A stretch of DNA of 64,000 nucleotides, taken from Perkinsus chesapeaki ATCC PRA-425 (Eukaryota; Protista; Perkinsozoa). Each line of letters opens with the position of its first letter. The stretch's first letter is position 1. The notes beneath the pieces are model-generated. The model was not told where the DNA came from. It searched no databases and was given only the letters and a program-made list of their open reading frames with translations. Location: contig JAAPAO010000038.1 of assembly GCA_013115145.1 (NCBI GenBank), positions 1 through 64,000 on the forward strand. The letters run 5' to 3'. The translations under genes and the position numbers were made by a program. Below are positions 36,994-52,981 of this stretch, in pieces.

Positions 36994-39900
36994 ATGAGGG
37001 GACGGCTAATAGTATACTGTGGAGGAATATCATTGGGTGGGGTTATATCAGCTGACACAGCAGGTGACCTTCCGAGTATCCTTCCTGAATCAACGTAAGA
37101 TACTTTTGAGCTCAACTTGGATACGCCGTTCTAGGAACGATAATCGATTAGAAGAAGCAATAAGCAATTTAGTTGACTATAAAATAGCGAAGGAATTGAA
37201 GGTAAGATACTCTATTCAAAATATTAATAGTGCGCTGGCAGGGGTTGATGGAAGAGAACATGCGATTACGAGAAAAGGTGGAGGATTTAGATAGGAGGTA
37301 GCACAAGAATCTTTGCTCGAACCGTGCATGATACACAAGAGGTCGAGCAGCGCGGCATCATCATTATTAGATCACTTCAAGACACGTCCAATCGTCGAAA
37401 ACTGGCGTATCTCACAGATGCCATCAGAACAGATGAAACCACCGGCATGCTGACGAGCACAATGTGGAGGATCCTTACCGGTGCGATGATAATGTTCATG
37501 CAGGCAAGTTCCCTCCCTCCCTCCGAACAAGGGGGGTCTTCTATTATATCTTGCCATGAGATCTACAGAACACTTCTGGCCTCTCGCTTTAGCATTAGTA
37601 TGCTCGAGATTCAAAAGTTCGATGTCGTGCCTGCCGCTCGTCCAACTGCCACCGCAGCGGCCGATACTTTCGTAGGTGTTAATTACCCTCTCCTTAGGCC
37701 GGTTTTGCTATGCTAGAGGCAGGCTCAGTAAGAGTGTTCAATGTTCAAGCCATCCTGATGAAGAATCTACTGGACGTTTGCATCAGTAATAACTTCATCA
37801 TATCCTACTACTAACATCATCATCATTAGGTCCGCTGGTCTGGTGGCTCATGGGATGGGGCATTGCTCTCGGATATACTACCGATCCCACAACTGGTGAT
37901 CTAACAAGTGGATCACAGTTCGCTGGTAAGCAAAAGGTCCCCGGTTCAAACCCGAGCCATGACATATTTTCTACCGTTAGGATTGCTACTTCAGTTTCAA
38001 CCTCAAATTCGCCAACCTATGAATTCCCAGGCTTCTATAGCTTATCTAAACAATTTAAGACTCACTGAAACCAACCCACTCGGATCTCTCGCGAATTTGT
38101 GTCTCATGGAATCTAGTGACTTAGAATTGTTTATTAATAATTTATCAACCTCAGGTGGCAGTGGTTTCGCTGGCACTGGCCTCACTGAATACTGTGTTGA
38201 ATTCGACTCAACCACTGGTGACTGTATCGATGAATCACCAACCCCTATCGGAATGCCCAAGTTCCACCCCGATGAGTTCTTCTTCTTCTGGACCTTCTCA
38301 GCAACAGCTTCGACAATCGTCAGTGGTGGTGTGGCTGAACGAGTACATTGTACTTGATAATTTCCTGGCGCGTGACGCTTCCTTGTTCAGGTCCGTTGCT
38401 CTTCCTACTTTTTATTCTCTTCGCTTATGTCTGGTTTTATCTATCCCATTCTGGTGGCGTGGCTCTGGAGCGGTCACGGTTGGCTCAGCAAACCCGCTGA
38501 TGGCATCGATGCGGCCTACTACGACTTTGCTGGTGAGAATAAATGATAAATCCCTCTTCGTTAAATATTCCTCAATGATTCTCTCTGACATGCGCCCGTC
38601 CAGTTGAACACCTCCTAACGCAGTCACTTGAGATTTGATTCCCCAATCGTTAAATGTGGGGCTTGTGTCGGGTTTTTGAAACATGCGGACAAAACCGGTA
38701 TTATCACCTTCAGGTTCTGGAGTGGTACATTTGACAGGAGGTGTAGCAGCCTTGGTTGGAGCTAAGATTCTCGGACCTCGAAAGGGACGCTTCGATGAGA
38801 TGGTCGATCAGACGGAGTTTGTCCCACATTCAATTCCACAGATTGTATTGGGTAATGCAACAATCCCGGGTTCGATTCCCACGCCCTCCGCTTTTAGGTA
38901 CATTAATTCTCTGGTTTGGATGGATTGGCTTCAACGCTGGTTCTACCAGTAGTATGGTATCCATAAGCGATGCCAACAAGGCAGCACGCTCCGCTATGAA
39001 CACTGTTCTGTCGGGAGCCTCGGGTAAGCACCTTGAACTGATTTTGAGAATGGCAGATTCGTCGAATTCGTTTATATTCTTCAACTTGCACCGTGTCTTT
39101 CTATCACAACAGTAGTGTCCCTGATGAGTCGTCATTGTAGACTAGTATGACGTAACCAGGTTACTACGCGACTCACTGCAATTTGTATTGAGCCGGATTC
39201 GTCATGGATACTACATCCTCACGAAATAGGAGACTGTCGCTGTAGCCGAGTGTGTTGCGAGCTCTAAACTGAAGTACCACCGAGTAGAATCCAAAAGAGC
39301 AAGAGATAATCTCAGTTGTACTGTTTGCTTGAGAGATTCGTGTATCTAAAGGAGTGGTACATAAAGATGCTTGTAACAACTTTATTGATATATAACATAT
39401 ATAGAAATGTGAAGAGATTATATTATATATAACGTATGATAAAGTAATCTCTTCGTATTCCTAACTCGACGATCGTCACTGTAATCTATCGACTCCTATC
39501 CCCTCAGGTGGCTTCACCCTCTTTGTCATCCGTCTGGTATTCTTCAATATGTACGACGTTGCTGGAGTCTGCAATGGATGCCTCGCTGGATTGGTAGAAG
39601 CTATCCCTCTTCATTACCGAACATATCGATATGATCAACTTGTCAGGTGTCCGTCACTGCCGGATCGGCTAATGTCACGTCATTCAGCGCCATAATCATT
39701 GGCATCATCGGAGGATGTCTGTAAGATCAACTAACTCGATTGTCATAGTAGATGAGGCATGGGTGGACTATAAATGATCATGGGCGCAACAGGAACCCTT
39801 GAATCGATCACTGGTTGACTGCTTGATCCAGATGCGCAACTTCTGTGGTCAACTTCGGGGTTGAATATACGTGACACTAATTGCGGAGCAAGCGGAGCTT

Positions 39901-41513
39901 ATTATCTGGAAACGGATCATTTCGCCGTGCCGTGCGTACGAATTATTTCCCGATAACCAGAGCGAACTAGCTGACAGTCTATACACGAAAAGATTTCCCT
40001 TTGTCTGAGAATACCTAGAAAATTTGCAAACTTTGAAAACTACGGTGTGTTGAGTAGAAGCGGAAAAGCCTTTTTTGCGGAAAATGCAGCCTGTGGGATT
40101 CGAACCCACGACTTCTTCTCTAAATCGTTTCCATGCGATTTGATCACTCGCTCGCACCATCAAAGCGATAGGCGACTGATGACGAAGAAACAATGAGCAA
40201 ACTAACCGCTAAGCGAGCTCCGTCATCACGAAGCCTAGTATATATCGTCTGATTAGTATACAATTCTCGCGCAGCACTCCTCCTTTCACCGGGCAACAGC
40301 TACAAGCCAGTGTAGGAGTTCAGCTATGCCGGGGGGGGGGGCTGACTCACTCGTAAAAGGCCACTGAGCAGCAGCAGCCCTATGGAGTGTTATGCCCCCA
40401 TAACGATACGAAGAGAAAAGATATAAAACGATTTATACTATTTTGATAAGATAATATATCTCCTCTGTATAGTGTACAGCGGTATATAGTATTATGATAG
40501 CAATCATAATACATCTCCTGCCTCCTGAGCACTACATTTGGACCTCAGTTACCAGACTGCTTCTCGATTCCTTGCCAAGCATCACATCGATGATCCAATT
40601 GACGCCTTTGCCGTTCATGGTATGAGCGGTCTGTGGGGCACCATCGCTTGTGTCCTGTTCGACTATGGCAGTGGATTCAGGTGAGGTCATTCCTTATCTT
40701 TCCACATCCTCTTCAATACTCCCTTTCAGTGTCTTCAGTCAAGCCGAGGTCACAAGAATCGGCCCTAGTAATTACGAGGCAGCCGTCAATGTTGGCACAC
40801 AACTCGGGGTAAGCTTGTGTGAGCCATCTTCGAAGATATTAAGTTAATATTTTACACACAGCATTATATCACTAGCTGATTTCTTATTCTTCATGTGGAT
40901 TTCGATATCGCTCAACAGACTTCGCCTAGTGAACGTAGAACTTTTCCACGTTGCAGGATTTTGCATACAGAAGCACTTCTCTTGTTCGCAAAGGATTCCC
41001 AGCTCCCAAGATAACATCAGCTGTCGTTGGCTTTGTGGCTCGAACCAAACTCGCTCCGCCGGATGTCAAGCTCTCGTAGATCTATGTGGCTCGTCGAAGA
41101 GAATCCTTCTTGCTTGTCTTCCTCATTGACGGCGAGCATCGATCCCTAGACTCCAGTTGGGTGGTAACTTTTCAGGTTAACCTTCTCGGTGCATTGATGA
41201 TCATATTGTGGTCCGGTTTTTGGAGCACGCTGGTCTTCCTTATATTCCGCAGAGTGAGTGATCCTTCGTTTTTACGGTTTTTCTATCAAATTCTCTCCAG
41301 TTTGACCTCCTCCACGCCAACGAGGAAAACGAAGTCTTCGCGCCCGACGATTACATGCAGTTCTCTTCGAGGAGGAAACTGAATGACGTTTATCCAGATG
41401 ATGAATCAGAATATTCAGAAGGCAAATCTAATCGATCGAAGGTATCTGGGTCGAATAGGAGCAGACTTAAAGCTGCAATTAATGAAACAAAGGATGATAC
41501 CGAAGCTGATTAA
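36994..41513 (+). CDS. AMT: Ammonium transporter (Amt/Rh family), multi-exon
   Basis: FMQ|[63 protein letters not shown] and [12 protein letters not shown]. The start at 36994 (signal-peptide-like) is tentative. Confidence 0.96.
37504..37697 (+). other. GC-AG intron in AMT
   Basis: MFMQ|gcaagt...ccttag|AGFAMLEAG; the phase-0 junction restores the conserved Amt signature. Confidence 0.85.
37926..37980 (+). pseudogene. tRNA 3'-half relic at the start of an AMT intron
   Basis: gtaagcaaaAGGTCCCCGGTTCAAACCCGAGCCATGACAtattttctaccgttag; the acceptor is either 37980 or 38154 (both in frame). Confidence 0.8.
38852..38897 (+). pseudogene. 46-nt AMT intron consisting of a tRNA 3'-half relic
   Basis: gtaatgcaacaatcCCGGGTTCGATTCCCACGCCCTCCGcttttag; its removal restores [12 protein letters not shown]. 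Confidence 0.85.
40077..40150 (-). pseudogene. tRNA relic (Ser/Leu-like), antisense in a long AMT intron
   Basis: Reverse complement CGAGTGATCAAATCG-CATGGAAA-CGATTTAGAGAAGAAGTCGTGGGTTCGAATCCCACAGGCTGCAtttt has a perfect T-arm; the 5' acceptor strand is missing. Confidence 0.85.
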
Positions 41514-42072
41514 TGTTTTACCATGATAATAACAATTGATGTGCGGTGTACACCAAAATAACGGAATTGAGTTGAGTGGACCGAATAGGTGTCACTCTAT
41601 GGAACGATAGCTCAACCCGCAAATTTCAGATACTATTTCTGGAATAAGTCCCTCTGCCAATTTTTGTAGATGCCGCAAACCTATTGGCGCGTCTCGGTCG
41701 ACTTCGCGTGCTTGTCACTTGAGCGTGCGAGGGGACAGCGGCTACTTCCAGGCATTGTGTGACACTCTCAGCAGCGAAGGTGACAAGGTGATCATTGTCC
41801 AGCCACGTCGAGCCGCTACGAGCTCAGCGGAGCAGCAGATTGACCAGTATTTATCAACAAGTGGTTCCGGTTGTGATTTCCCATATCCAACAGAACCGGT
41901 ACAAAGGCGTGCTTGGCAGCAGCTGCATCTATCTGTTATATTCGATGACCTCAGTGAACTAACTTCGTTCTTGTCGCCGCGATCTACATGACATCTCTAC
42001 ATCCGTCTCATTTCGAAGATTGACTCCTCATCACTCAACATTCCATCAATTACAGCAGTACGTTTGAATAAC

Positions 42073-42449
42073 CTATTTTTTAGATTGCTTCCCTCCACCA
42101 CTTTTCTTCTTCTGCCCTCCTCCGCCCTTCCTCTTCATTGCCTTCGCCGATCCCAATAGTTGCTTATCAACTTTAACAACACTCACTCGGCCGCCTCCAC
42201 CCAACCCAAGATCCGTGTTGCCCTGAGCAGCCTGAGTCTGAGTGGCCTCGGCTGCCAGCTGGGACTCCATCACGCGCTGGCGAGTCCCTCCGATCCTCTG
42301 AAAAATCATCATCTGTCTTCATTTTTCCAGTCCCTTTTTACATGCATGATTTTCTCAGCAACTGACTTTGCTTTTCCCTGCTTTGGTTTATTAACCCTCT
42401 GCGTCGCCGCCTTGCCGGACTTCTTCTTACCGAGGGGCTTCTGGACCAT
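42073..42449 (-). CDS. Small Lys-rich protein, 2 exons, possibly DUF2462/C19orf53-like
   Basis: MVQKPLGKKKSGKAATQRVNKPKQGK...MH|RIGGTRQRVMESQLAAEA...GRVSVVKVDK...KKKSGGGKQSKK*. The family call rests only on size and composition. Confidence 0.5.
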
Positions 42450-42641
42450 TATAGAGGAGGACCGAACAACTGCAGCAACGGAAAGCCCAGGCACCGTGAA
42501 CGCAAACAGCGTTAAAGCAGGAAACAGTTGAACCAGGTATCGCAGCTACAGGAGATGTTGCACTAGTGGAGTCTGATGGCCCCTCATCATCGCTGTCATC
42601 ATCATCAACACTTGGACCGAATACCACAAAACGAATGATTC

Positions 42642-43199
42642 TTACCAGCAAATAAATGTACCTACCAACCCCACCCCAAATCGATCACTTCTCCCCAATC
42701 TCCCCTTACTCCAACTGCATATTAGTCGCCACACATGTCGCTCGACAGATGGCAGCATAACCGAGGTACTCCCCCTCGGTCGGGTCCAAATAATTAAGTA
42801 TCCGAAGATTGGCCGACAGCGGTAACTAATCGAAGCGGCCATTCCATCCACCTTGCCTCGGCTTCGGCTCACCACCTCCGAGAAAAAGCCATCGTGGCAA
42901 TATCCTTGGTCGCCATCCTTCCCCGCAGTCTCCTCCTCTTCGTTTCGTTGTCGTCCAGCCGACTTTTCCAACTTCTTCTGAACTGCTCCCGCCACTTCAG
43001 CCGTCATCACGTCCTTCTGTGAGCTCGCTAAGTTCCCCGCTAGAACGGACAGGCATTTCCCTACCAGAAAAGTCACTGCGCCCAGAAATTGCCTTCTACT
43101 ACGTTTTTCCACTTGCCCATCCTCATCGCTCTCCGCCCCTTGATCGAGAACATCTATCACTTGCTCCGCTAAAGCATCGATTCTGTCGCCATCTTTCAT
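42642..43199 (-). CDS. Hypothetical protein, first exon(s)
   Basis: ATG-initiated open frame MKDGDRIDALAEQVIDVLDQG with helical/acidic composition; downstream splicing is unresolved. Confidence 0.45.
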   Translation of the reverse strand: MKDGDRIDALAEQVIDVLDQGAESDEDGQVEKRSRRQFLGAVTFLVGKCLSVLAGNLASSQKDVMTAEVAGAVQKKLEKSAGRQRNEEEETAGKDGDQGYCHDGFFSEVVSRSRGKVDGMAASISYRCRPIFGYLIIWTRPRGSTSVMLPSVERHVWRLICSWSKGRLGRSDRFGVGLVGTFICW

Positions 43200-43308
43200 C
43201 GAATAAAAATATCCTTTCCAACTTCACCCCTCTCATCAACACAACCAGTCAGTAGAGAGAACAACATATACATTGGCACGCATGCGCAACATCACAACAG
43301 TAGCAGCT

Positions 43309-46766
<3,458 letters not shown>

Positions 46767-47335
46767 CTCATCCCGTCATACCGCCAGGAGACTCTTTAGG
46801 AAGCGGTCGCTTTGCGGTGCCAGCTATAATAAAATTGATGATTCACTCGGCAATCACCTATGTCATAACACACAGTGTGGACATATACTGCCTTTCATCA
46901 ATTGTTGGTGAGGATGGAAAATTTTCGAAAAAAAATTATCGAACAAGTTACATTTTCTACAGCCATTCGAGTGACTTTACCGCGAACAGATATTTCGAAA
47001 GTATTATTCCGTAATTGAACCACTGTAAACACTGAAGGCTCTATCAGCTTGAAATGGTTATTACTTCTCTTCTCCTTTTTATTGAAGCTCTGGTAGTACT
47101 GTTATCAATACTGCATATCATCTACTATTATTATTATCAACCACTACTCCTCGGTCGCCCTAGGGACCCTCCATCAGACAGCAGCGAGTTATGTAAAAAG
47201 AAGAATAACAAAATAAAGCTCTTTAACGGCGGCGGCGGTTCAGCCGATAACAGCAAAGTACAAGGAAGCCAGCAAAAAGGGGAAGGAACACACACAGGAG
47301 CCGCCTGTCGAGTAGCCGACTATTCACAGCGGTTC

Positions 47336-49396
47336 TTATTTCGCCGCAACCGCGGGAGCTGCGGTCGCCGGCGCCTCCTCCTCAGCCTTAGGCTTCTTCT
47401 GAGTGGCGGCATGGAACCACTCCCGATTAGGGGTCTTGCGGAAGACTCCTTCGCCAAGTTGCTTCTCGATCTGATTGCTTATTAATGCTACTCCGCCATT
47501 ATTAACCGTATTTTTATTACCTTCACCATACCATCCGGCTTATACAAGGCTGCCGACTTCATCCCATTACAGATATCCTCTATCTCCTTCCGAGAGTACT
47601 TACGATACTTATAACTGTACTTGGTCTCGTCACCAGTGATTTCCGGATACTTCTCCTGAGGCAGCGGAAGTAATCCAAGTACACCGTCGAAACGCTTGAA
47701 AGGGCCAGTTTGGTCGAACATTTTGCGCTTCGGAGAGCCTATGTAACTCTTAACGGTGGGTCTAGTGTAGAACAAAGAGTTCGTCGTAAGGGAGTAAAAC
47801 TATACAATATACGACGACGATAACTGAATAACTCACGCTGAAGCCTGACTAACTCACTGAACGATAAGCCTCCCCTCGAACTAATATTTCCGAACCGCCG
47901 CTTACTAACCTTAATCTCCTTCTCTGTTTCCGGTACACTAGCTGGCGCCACAGCAGCAGGGCTCTTGTGCTCCTGAGGCGGTGGGCTACTAAGACTGTAG
48001 GACACCACAGCAGAATCCATCTCAACAGCTGGCACTCCAGCGGCGGCCATCTGATGAATCCAACAACAATACTAACAGCAAGAATGCCTATATGTATCTA
48101 CCTGAGGCATCATCTCCGACTCAGGGTACTTAAGACCATAGGACACCACCGCGGAGTCTACCTCAACCACGGAGATCCTACTGCCGTACTAAATCAATAC
48201 AACAGTCACGACCGCCGCGACACAAAGAGCTGTCCCCACCTGCTCGACAGGGCCGCCATTCATCCTCCTGCCCTTCCCCTTGCCTTTGCCCTTACCCTTG
48301 CCTACCAAAACTCATACCAAACTTTCCACAACTTTATTACCTTTTCCCTTGCCACCCTTTCCCTTCCCGTGATAGAAGCCGAACTCGTCCATACCGGCAT
48401 AAGGGTTGTAATTGTTATTGTTATACCTGACAGAGCCATCTCCGACGGCAACGCCCCCGCTACTACCCTTGAGGATTGCTTGCTTGAGGCTTGCCGTATC
48501 CAAGAGCACCTGATCCAAAGATTCTCACTGCGCCACGAAATTCATGGACTAGTACTGGTAGGAGTGCGAGTTGTTGCTGTGGGTTTCTGGGCTTTGTCGA
48601 GATCAGGGAAAAGTGTAAGCATGAAATGCTCAGCCTTGACCGCTGTATGGATTGGGTTGCCATTATATTTCTGATTTCTTAGCCAAAGTGCAACATTCTC
48701 ACATTTATCTTCAGTAGTAAATCTAACATACCTATTATTAAATAATAATAAAGATACTAAATAGGTTAATAATGTTACCAATGATCATTAACATCTGGAC
48801 GAATATCAACTATATCTTTATCCATATCACATGGAGCATCTTTCAATACACAATTCTTGAAATCATCTACTGTTAATGACTTCGAATCGACATCTCTAAA
48901 AATACATAACCAAGAATCGAACCCACGACCTTTACATTACAAGACCGCCGCTCTACCACTACCTCACAATTAGAGTTGTTCTCTGCTGGAATTCAGGTAA
49001 GCAAGGCTTCACCATGGTCTTCGTAGCATCCAATGCCACCTTATCCGACGGGACAGCCGACAACACATTGGCGACTTCCTCAGGGGTAGTGTTGAGCTCG
49101 GATATAGTGCCGAGGCTGATCGACGGAAGCTTGTGATCCACCAGCTTCAATAGACCACTTACTTGAATAGATCGGCGATGGGCAAATACATCTGTGAGTT
49201 CATGCTCGACACCAGAGACGGCTCTTTCTGACACCTCTAGCCATACAATATAACCAATAGTATGCCGACCTACCCGAAGATTGTCCTTGGATAGAACACG
49301 TTCTACTGTTGATTTAATAAGGTCATTCCTTTTAGCCTTCTCCTCTGCCCCCTCCTGAGCGGTGGTGGCGGTGGTGGTCTTGTTATTATCTTCCAT
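47336..49396 (-). CDS. La-related protein (LARP4-like, La motif + RRM), tandem copy 1
   Basis: IKSTVERVLSKDNL, VALDATKTMVKP, RTTLI-RD, YVRF and GNPIHTAVKAE parallel LARP4 (YYFSRENL, VRP, CIVILRE, YITF, GKPIMARIKA). G/K-rich low-complexity C-terminal part. Confidence 0.75.
48594..48967. repeat. 374-bp near-identical tract shared by the LARP paralogs (partner at 51059-51432)
   Basis: About 5 substitutions by eye, including across introns, while the flanking exons are strongly diverged. Confidence 0.95.
48896..48967 (-). pseudogene. 72-nt intron consisting of a tRNA-Thr(UGU)-like relic
   Basis: gtgagGTAGTGGTAGAGCGGCGGT-CTTGTAA-TGTAAAGGTCGTGGGTTCGATTCTTGGttatgtatttttag; its removal joins RTTLI to RDVD. 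Confidence 0.85.
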
Positions 49397-49860
49397 TATT
49401 ATATTATCTCAGTTTGATAAAAGCAGTACAACGGCGGTATTGAAAACCTCAAATTCGGAGAAAGAGGAAGAAGCTCCGGGATGTACAAGTTACTGAAGCA
49501 TATACAACATTCTCACATAACCTTCCACGCATCTTGCACGCTCAACCTAAAGATACCTCCCACACCACCATCCAGCCCACACCTCGAAGCCAACGACAAT
49601 CGCGCGCGCCCAGTTGATCGATTTGTTCCGCGCGACCGACTGCAACGCAAATCTGCCTCCAGCTGGTTGAAAATTTTAGTTATTGTTGTATATGAATCAT
49701 TATTGATAATATAAAACCGTTAGGACTATTTCATTATCGCCGCCGCCACCGCCGCCGCCATCATAAAGGTATTATTCCTTTTACCCGAAGGGGTGGACGA
49801 CGGCGGCTGGGGGGGCGATGTACAGTAGAGGTTGTTATTAACTATACAAACTGATAATGT

Positions 49861-51851
49861 TTAGGAAGCTGCCGACACCTTAGGTGCTTCTGGCTTCACT
49901 GCCGGAGAGGCGGTGGCTGCTGCTGACGATGATGCCTTGCGGCCTCCTCCGCCACCAGTCGCAACTGGACTGCCTTCGACAATCCACTCCCTGAGAAAAG
50001 CAATCAACAGCGTAGCTGACAGCTCTCATCTACCTGTTCGGTTTGTCCCGAATCAAACCTTCACCCACTTGCTTTTCGGCCTACAAACGTTGGATAAACT
50101 ACCATCGAATGAGGGCCTTACTTTGACCATTCCCTCCGGCTTGTAGACCGCTTCGGCTGGCATGCTTTCGCAAATCGATTCGATCTCCTCTTTAGTATAC
50201 TTTCTGTAATCGTACTTGTACTTCGTCTCATCACCAGCGAACTCGGAAGGATCAATGATCTAAGACCGAAACTGCCAGTGATGAGTCCATCATCCTCGGA
50301 TGGTCACCTGTTCGACGGGTTCATGGGGAGCCCCACTGCTGCTCATGCGCCTCCTGCCTCGACCACCTTTACCTATACAGCAGATATCCAGCAGGTCTTT
50401 AGGATAAATGCTATGAAATTTCAAGCCGCTAGTAGAGACTGAAGTTCCACTAATCCTTCCAATACAATCGTCGAGCGGCACACAGTTATCAGCGAATTAG
50501 AAGTGTGGGAGAGTTGTGTTATTATTATTGTCAAAGCTTAGTAGATCAATTTGCTGAGCAACCACTCGCGTTTTCGTATACCACTAGATAGATCCTGATA
50601 AACGCCCTATGTTGGAGAGACATCTATATGGATGATTTGAAGGAAATTTGGTATTATTGTTAAAAGCTACGAGTCCTACGCCTGTAATACAGGAAATGAC
50701 GGGAATTGGGTATTATTAAACTAAATATTGAACAACCACCGTACACAAAGGGCTATATTTCAAATAGGAAGGATTAGCTTATGGATGATTACCTTTTCCC
50801 TTTCCCTTGCCCTTAGTTGCTGATGGATGGTAATAACCGTACTGGTCCACACCGGCATAGGGGTTATACGAGCTATATCTGAGCAGGACTAACTGTGCTC
50901 AGCGATGAAGCCGTCCCTATTACCCCTGATATGGTGTAGTCGCCGGCGAACTCGGTGTAAAGGCTGGACTGCCGTAATCTATTGAAAAGGAGTGGGAGAG
51001 AGGCGTGTCGGAAATAGGATGGCTACTCAGGGCAGGCGAGGGGTATGCTTCAGAGTTCTTGTCGAGATCAGGGAAAAGTGTAAGCATGAAATGCTCAGCC
51101 TTGACCGCTGTATGGATTGGGTTGCCATTATATTTTTGATTTCTTAGCCAAAGTGCAACATTCTCACATTTATCTTCAGTAGTAAATCTAACATACCTAT
51201 TATTAAATAATAATAAAGATACTAAATAGGTTAATATTATTACCAATGATCATTAACATCTGGACGAATATCAACTATATCTTTATCCATATCACATGGA
51301 GCATCTTTCAATACACAATTCTTGAAATCATCTACTGTTAATGACTTCGAATCGACATCTCTGAAAATACATAACCAAAAATCGAACCCACGACCTTTAC
51401 ATTACAAGACCGCCGCTCTACCACTACCTCACGATGACTGTTGTCCTCAACTGTAGATCGGGAATAATGGGTTTGATCTGTGTTTTAGTAGAATCCAAGG
51501 CCACCTTAGACGACCCCAATGTCGTTATCGCATTGGCTATCTCTTCCGCTGTGGTATTGAGATCTTCTATAACCTTCGAGCTGCGCATCATAATAATTCA
51601 TACCACTCTTCCCCCAAATAATTACTTGAAAAGGCTGTCCAAACTCATGTACATCTGCGCGTTCATACGGGCAGCAAATGTCTGGTTGGACTAACATAAC
51701 CCCAACTTAACCTTCTCTGTATCATGCACCCTTCTACCTTAAGATACTCCTTCGACAGCACTCCCTCCACCGCTGTCTTAACAGCTTCCAACTTATCCTT
51801 ACCAACCTCTTCCGTCGGCTTCACCTTTTCGTTCTCTTCGTTCTTATTCAT
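49861..51851 (-). CDS. La-related protein (LARP4-like), tandem copy 2
   Basis: Same exon architecture as copy 1 (VKTAVEGVLSKEYL, VALDSTKTQIKP, RTTVI-RD, KYDYRKYTKEEIESIC), ending PKVSAAS*. Confidence 0.75.
51361..51432 (-). pseudogene. Duplicate of the tRNA-Thr-like intron, in LARP copy 2
   Basis: Two substitutions relative to 48896-48967. Confidence 0.85.
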
Positions 51852-51972
51852 AATTGTATATCCAAATAAAATCTACCAATAATCAGTGTCCCCTTCTTCT
51901 CCCGTCACATCCCCCCTCCACTTCCTCCATATACCCCGCCCACTGTCTTATTACTTCGCGCTATGCTTCCCC

Positions 51973-52899
51973 ATGCACATCGAGGCCGAGTCTATGTCAT
52001 TAGCGTGCGCCCGAGTGATCGATTTATTGACTTCGACATTTACGGTGAGGGTTGATGGTAAATATGACAGTTGAGCAGAAGAGACCGTGTGGGCCTCCTA
52101 AAGATCCGAAGGTTAAGAAGCTGTATGTGGCAGCTAACGCACTGCGAAGAATTATAAAAGACGCAAAGTATATAAGATATTTTAGAGGTTGAATTGGTAA
52201 GATACGTTCGAGGTTAGATACTACCGCGAAGAGGAAGATCGCTTAAGAGCTAAACGGCGAGAAAGGCTAGAAAAAGGGGGTGATGCTGATCTTCTAGCCG
52301 CCGACTTAAAGCAAATGGATGAGGTTATCAAAGAAACCCAAGCCATGAGCCCTGTGGTAAGGCAGTCTAGAAAATGCCGAACTGCTCCTCTGGTCATGAT
52401 ACCAACTCTCTAGCGTTAAGATTTGTGGATGCTTGAATTGGAAGCGCGAAAGTCGCGGCAGAGCCCTCGGGAGTGCTTTGCTCTATGATGTTGAAAAGAT
52501 ACTAAATAGGTCGACTTGGGCAACAGGGTGGGAAAGTAGTCCTTGTAGGTCCACGATCAGTTCGTAGCAGCATATAAAGTTCTGTTCACAATGCTAAGTG
52601 ATGGTACGTATCCGGACGCTCCTGTACGATAGTCCAACAGCAACCCGCTCATCCTGCCAATGCTGCAGGCTGAAGGAGATAACAGCGACGAACCGACTGA
52701 GGAGCAAAAACAAATATTACTAGCTCGATTGGAGCTAGAGAACGCCGAGAAGGTGAGGCTAGGTTGACGCGTGCTTTTAGTAATATAAAAGATACTTTTG
52801 GCTGGTAACCAGGAAGATCTGCTACGTGATGTCCAGGGGGAGATCAAAGCAGCTAGAGATCGGAGGACAGTGGAAGTTGATGATGATGAGGAATATTAA
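51973..52899 (+). CDS. Hypothetical multi-exon charged/helical protein
   Basis: GT-AG-flanked exons YYREEEDRLRAKRRERLEKG, EEQKQILLARLELENAEK and LLRDVQGEIKAARDRRTVEVDDDEEY*. Confidence 0.55.
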
Positions 52900-52981
52900 T
52901 TTGTTATAAAAACTTTCATGACATTACAATCGTGTGGTTTGGTTTGCACCGTATGTCTGTTTTGTACAGCTTTTTGACATA

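Noticed and set aside
41660-41991. ORF with EQQIDQYLS, reminiscent of a hAT dimerisation domain start
   Set aside because: The following conserved W/FP.L motifs are absent; insufficient support.
47054-48674. Plus-strand ORFs of 143 and 235 aa
   Set aside because: Antisense shadows of LARP copy 1 low-complexity exons.
48896-48967. Functional link between a La-family gene and its tRNA-like intron (autoregulation via an oligo-U end)
   Set aside because: The protein resembles LARP4, a poly(A) binder, rather than genuine La, and the same kind of intron occurs in unrelated genes; treated as coincidence.
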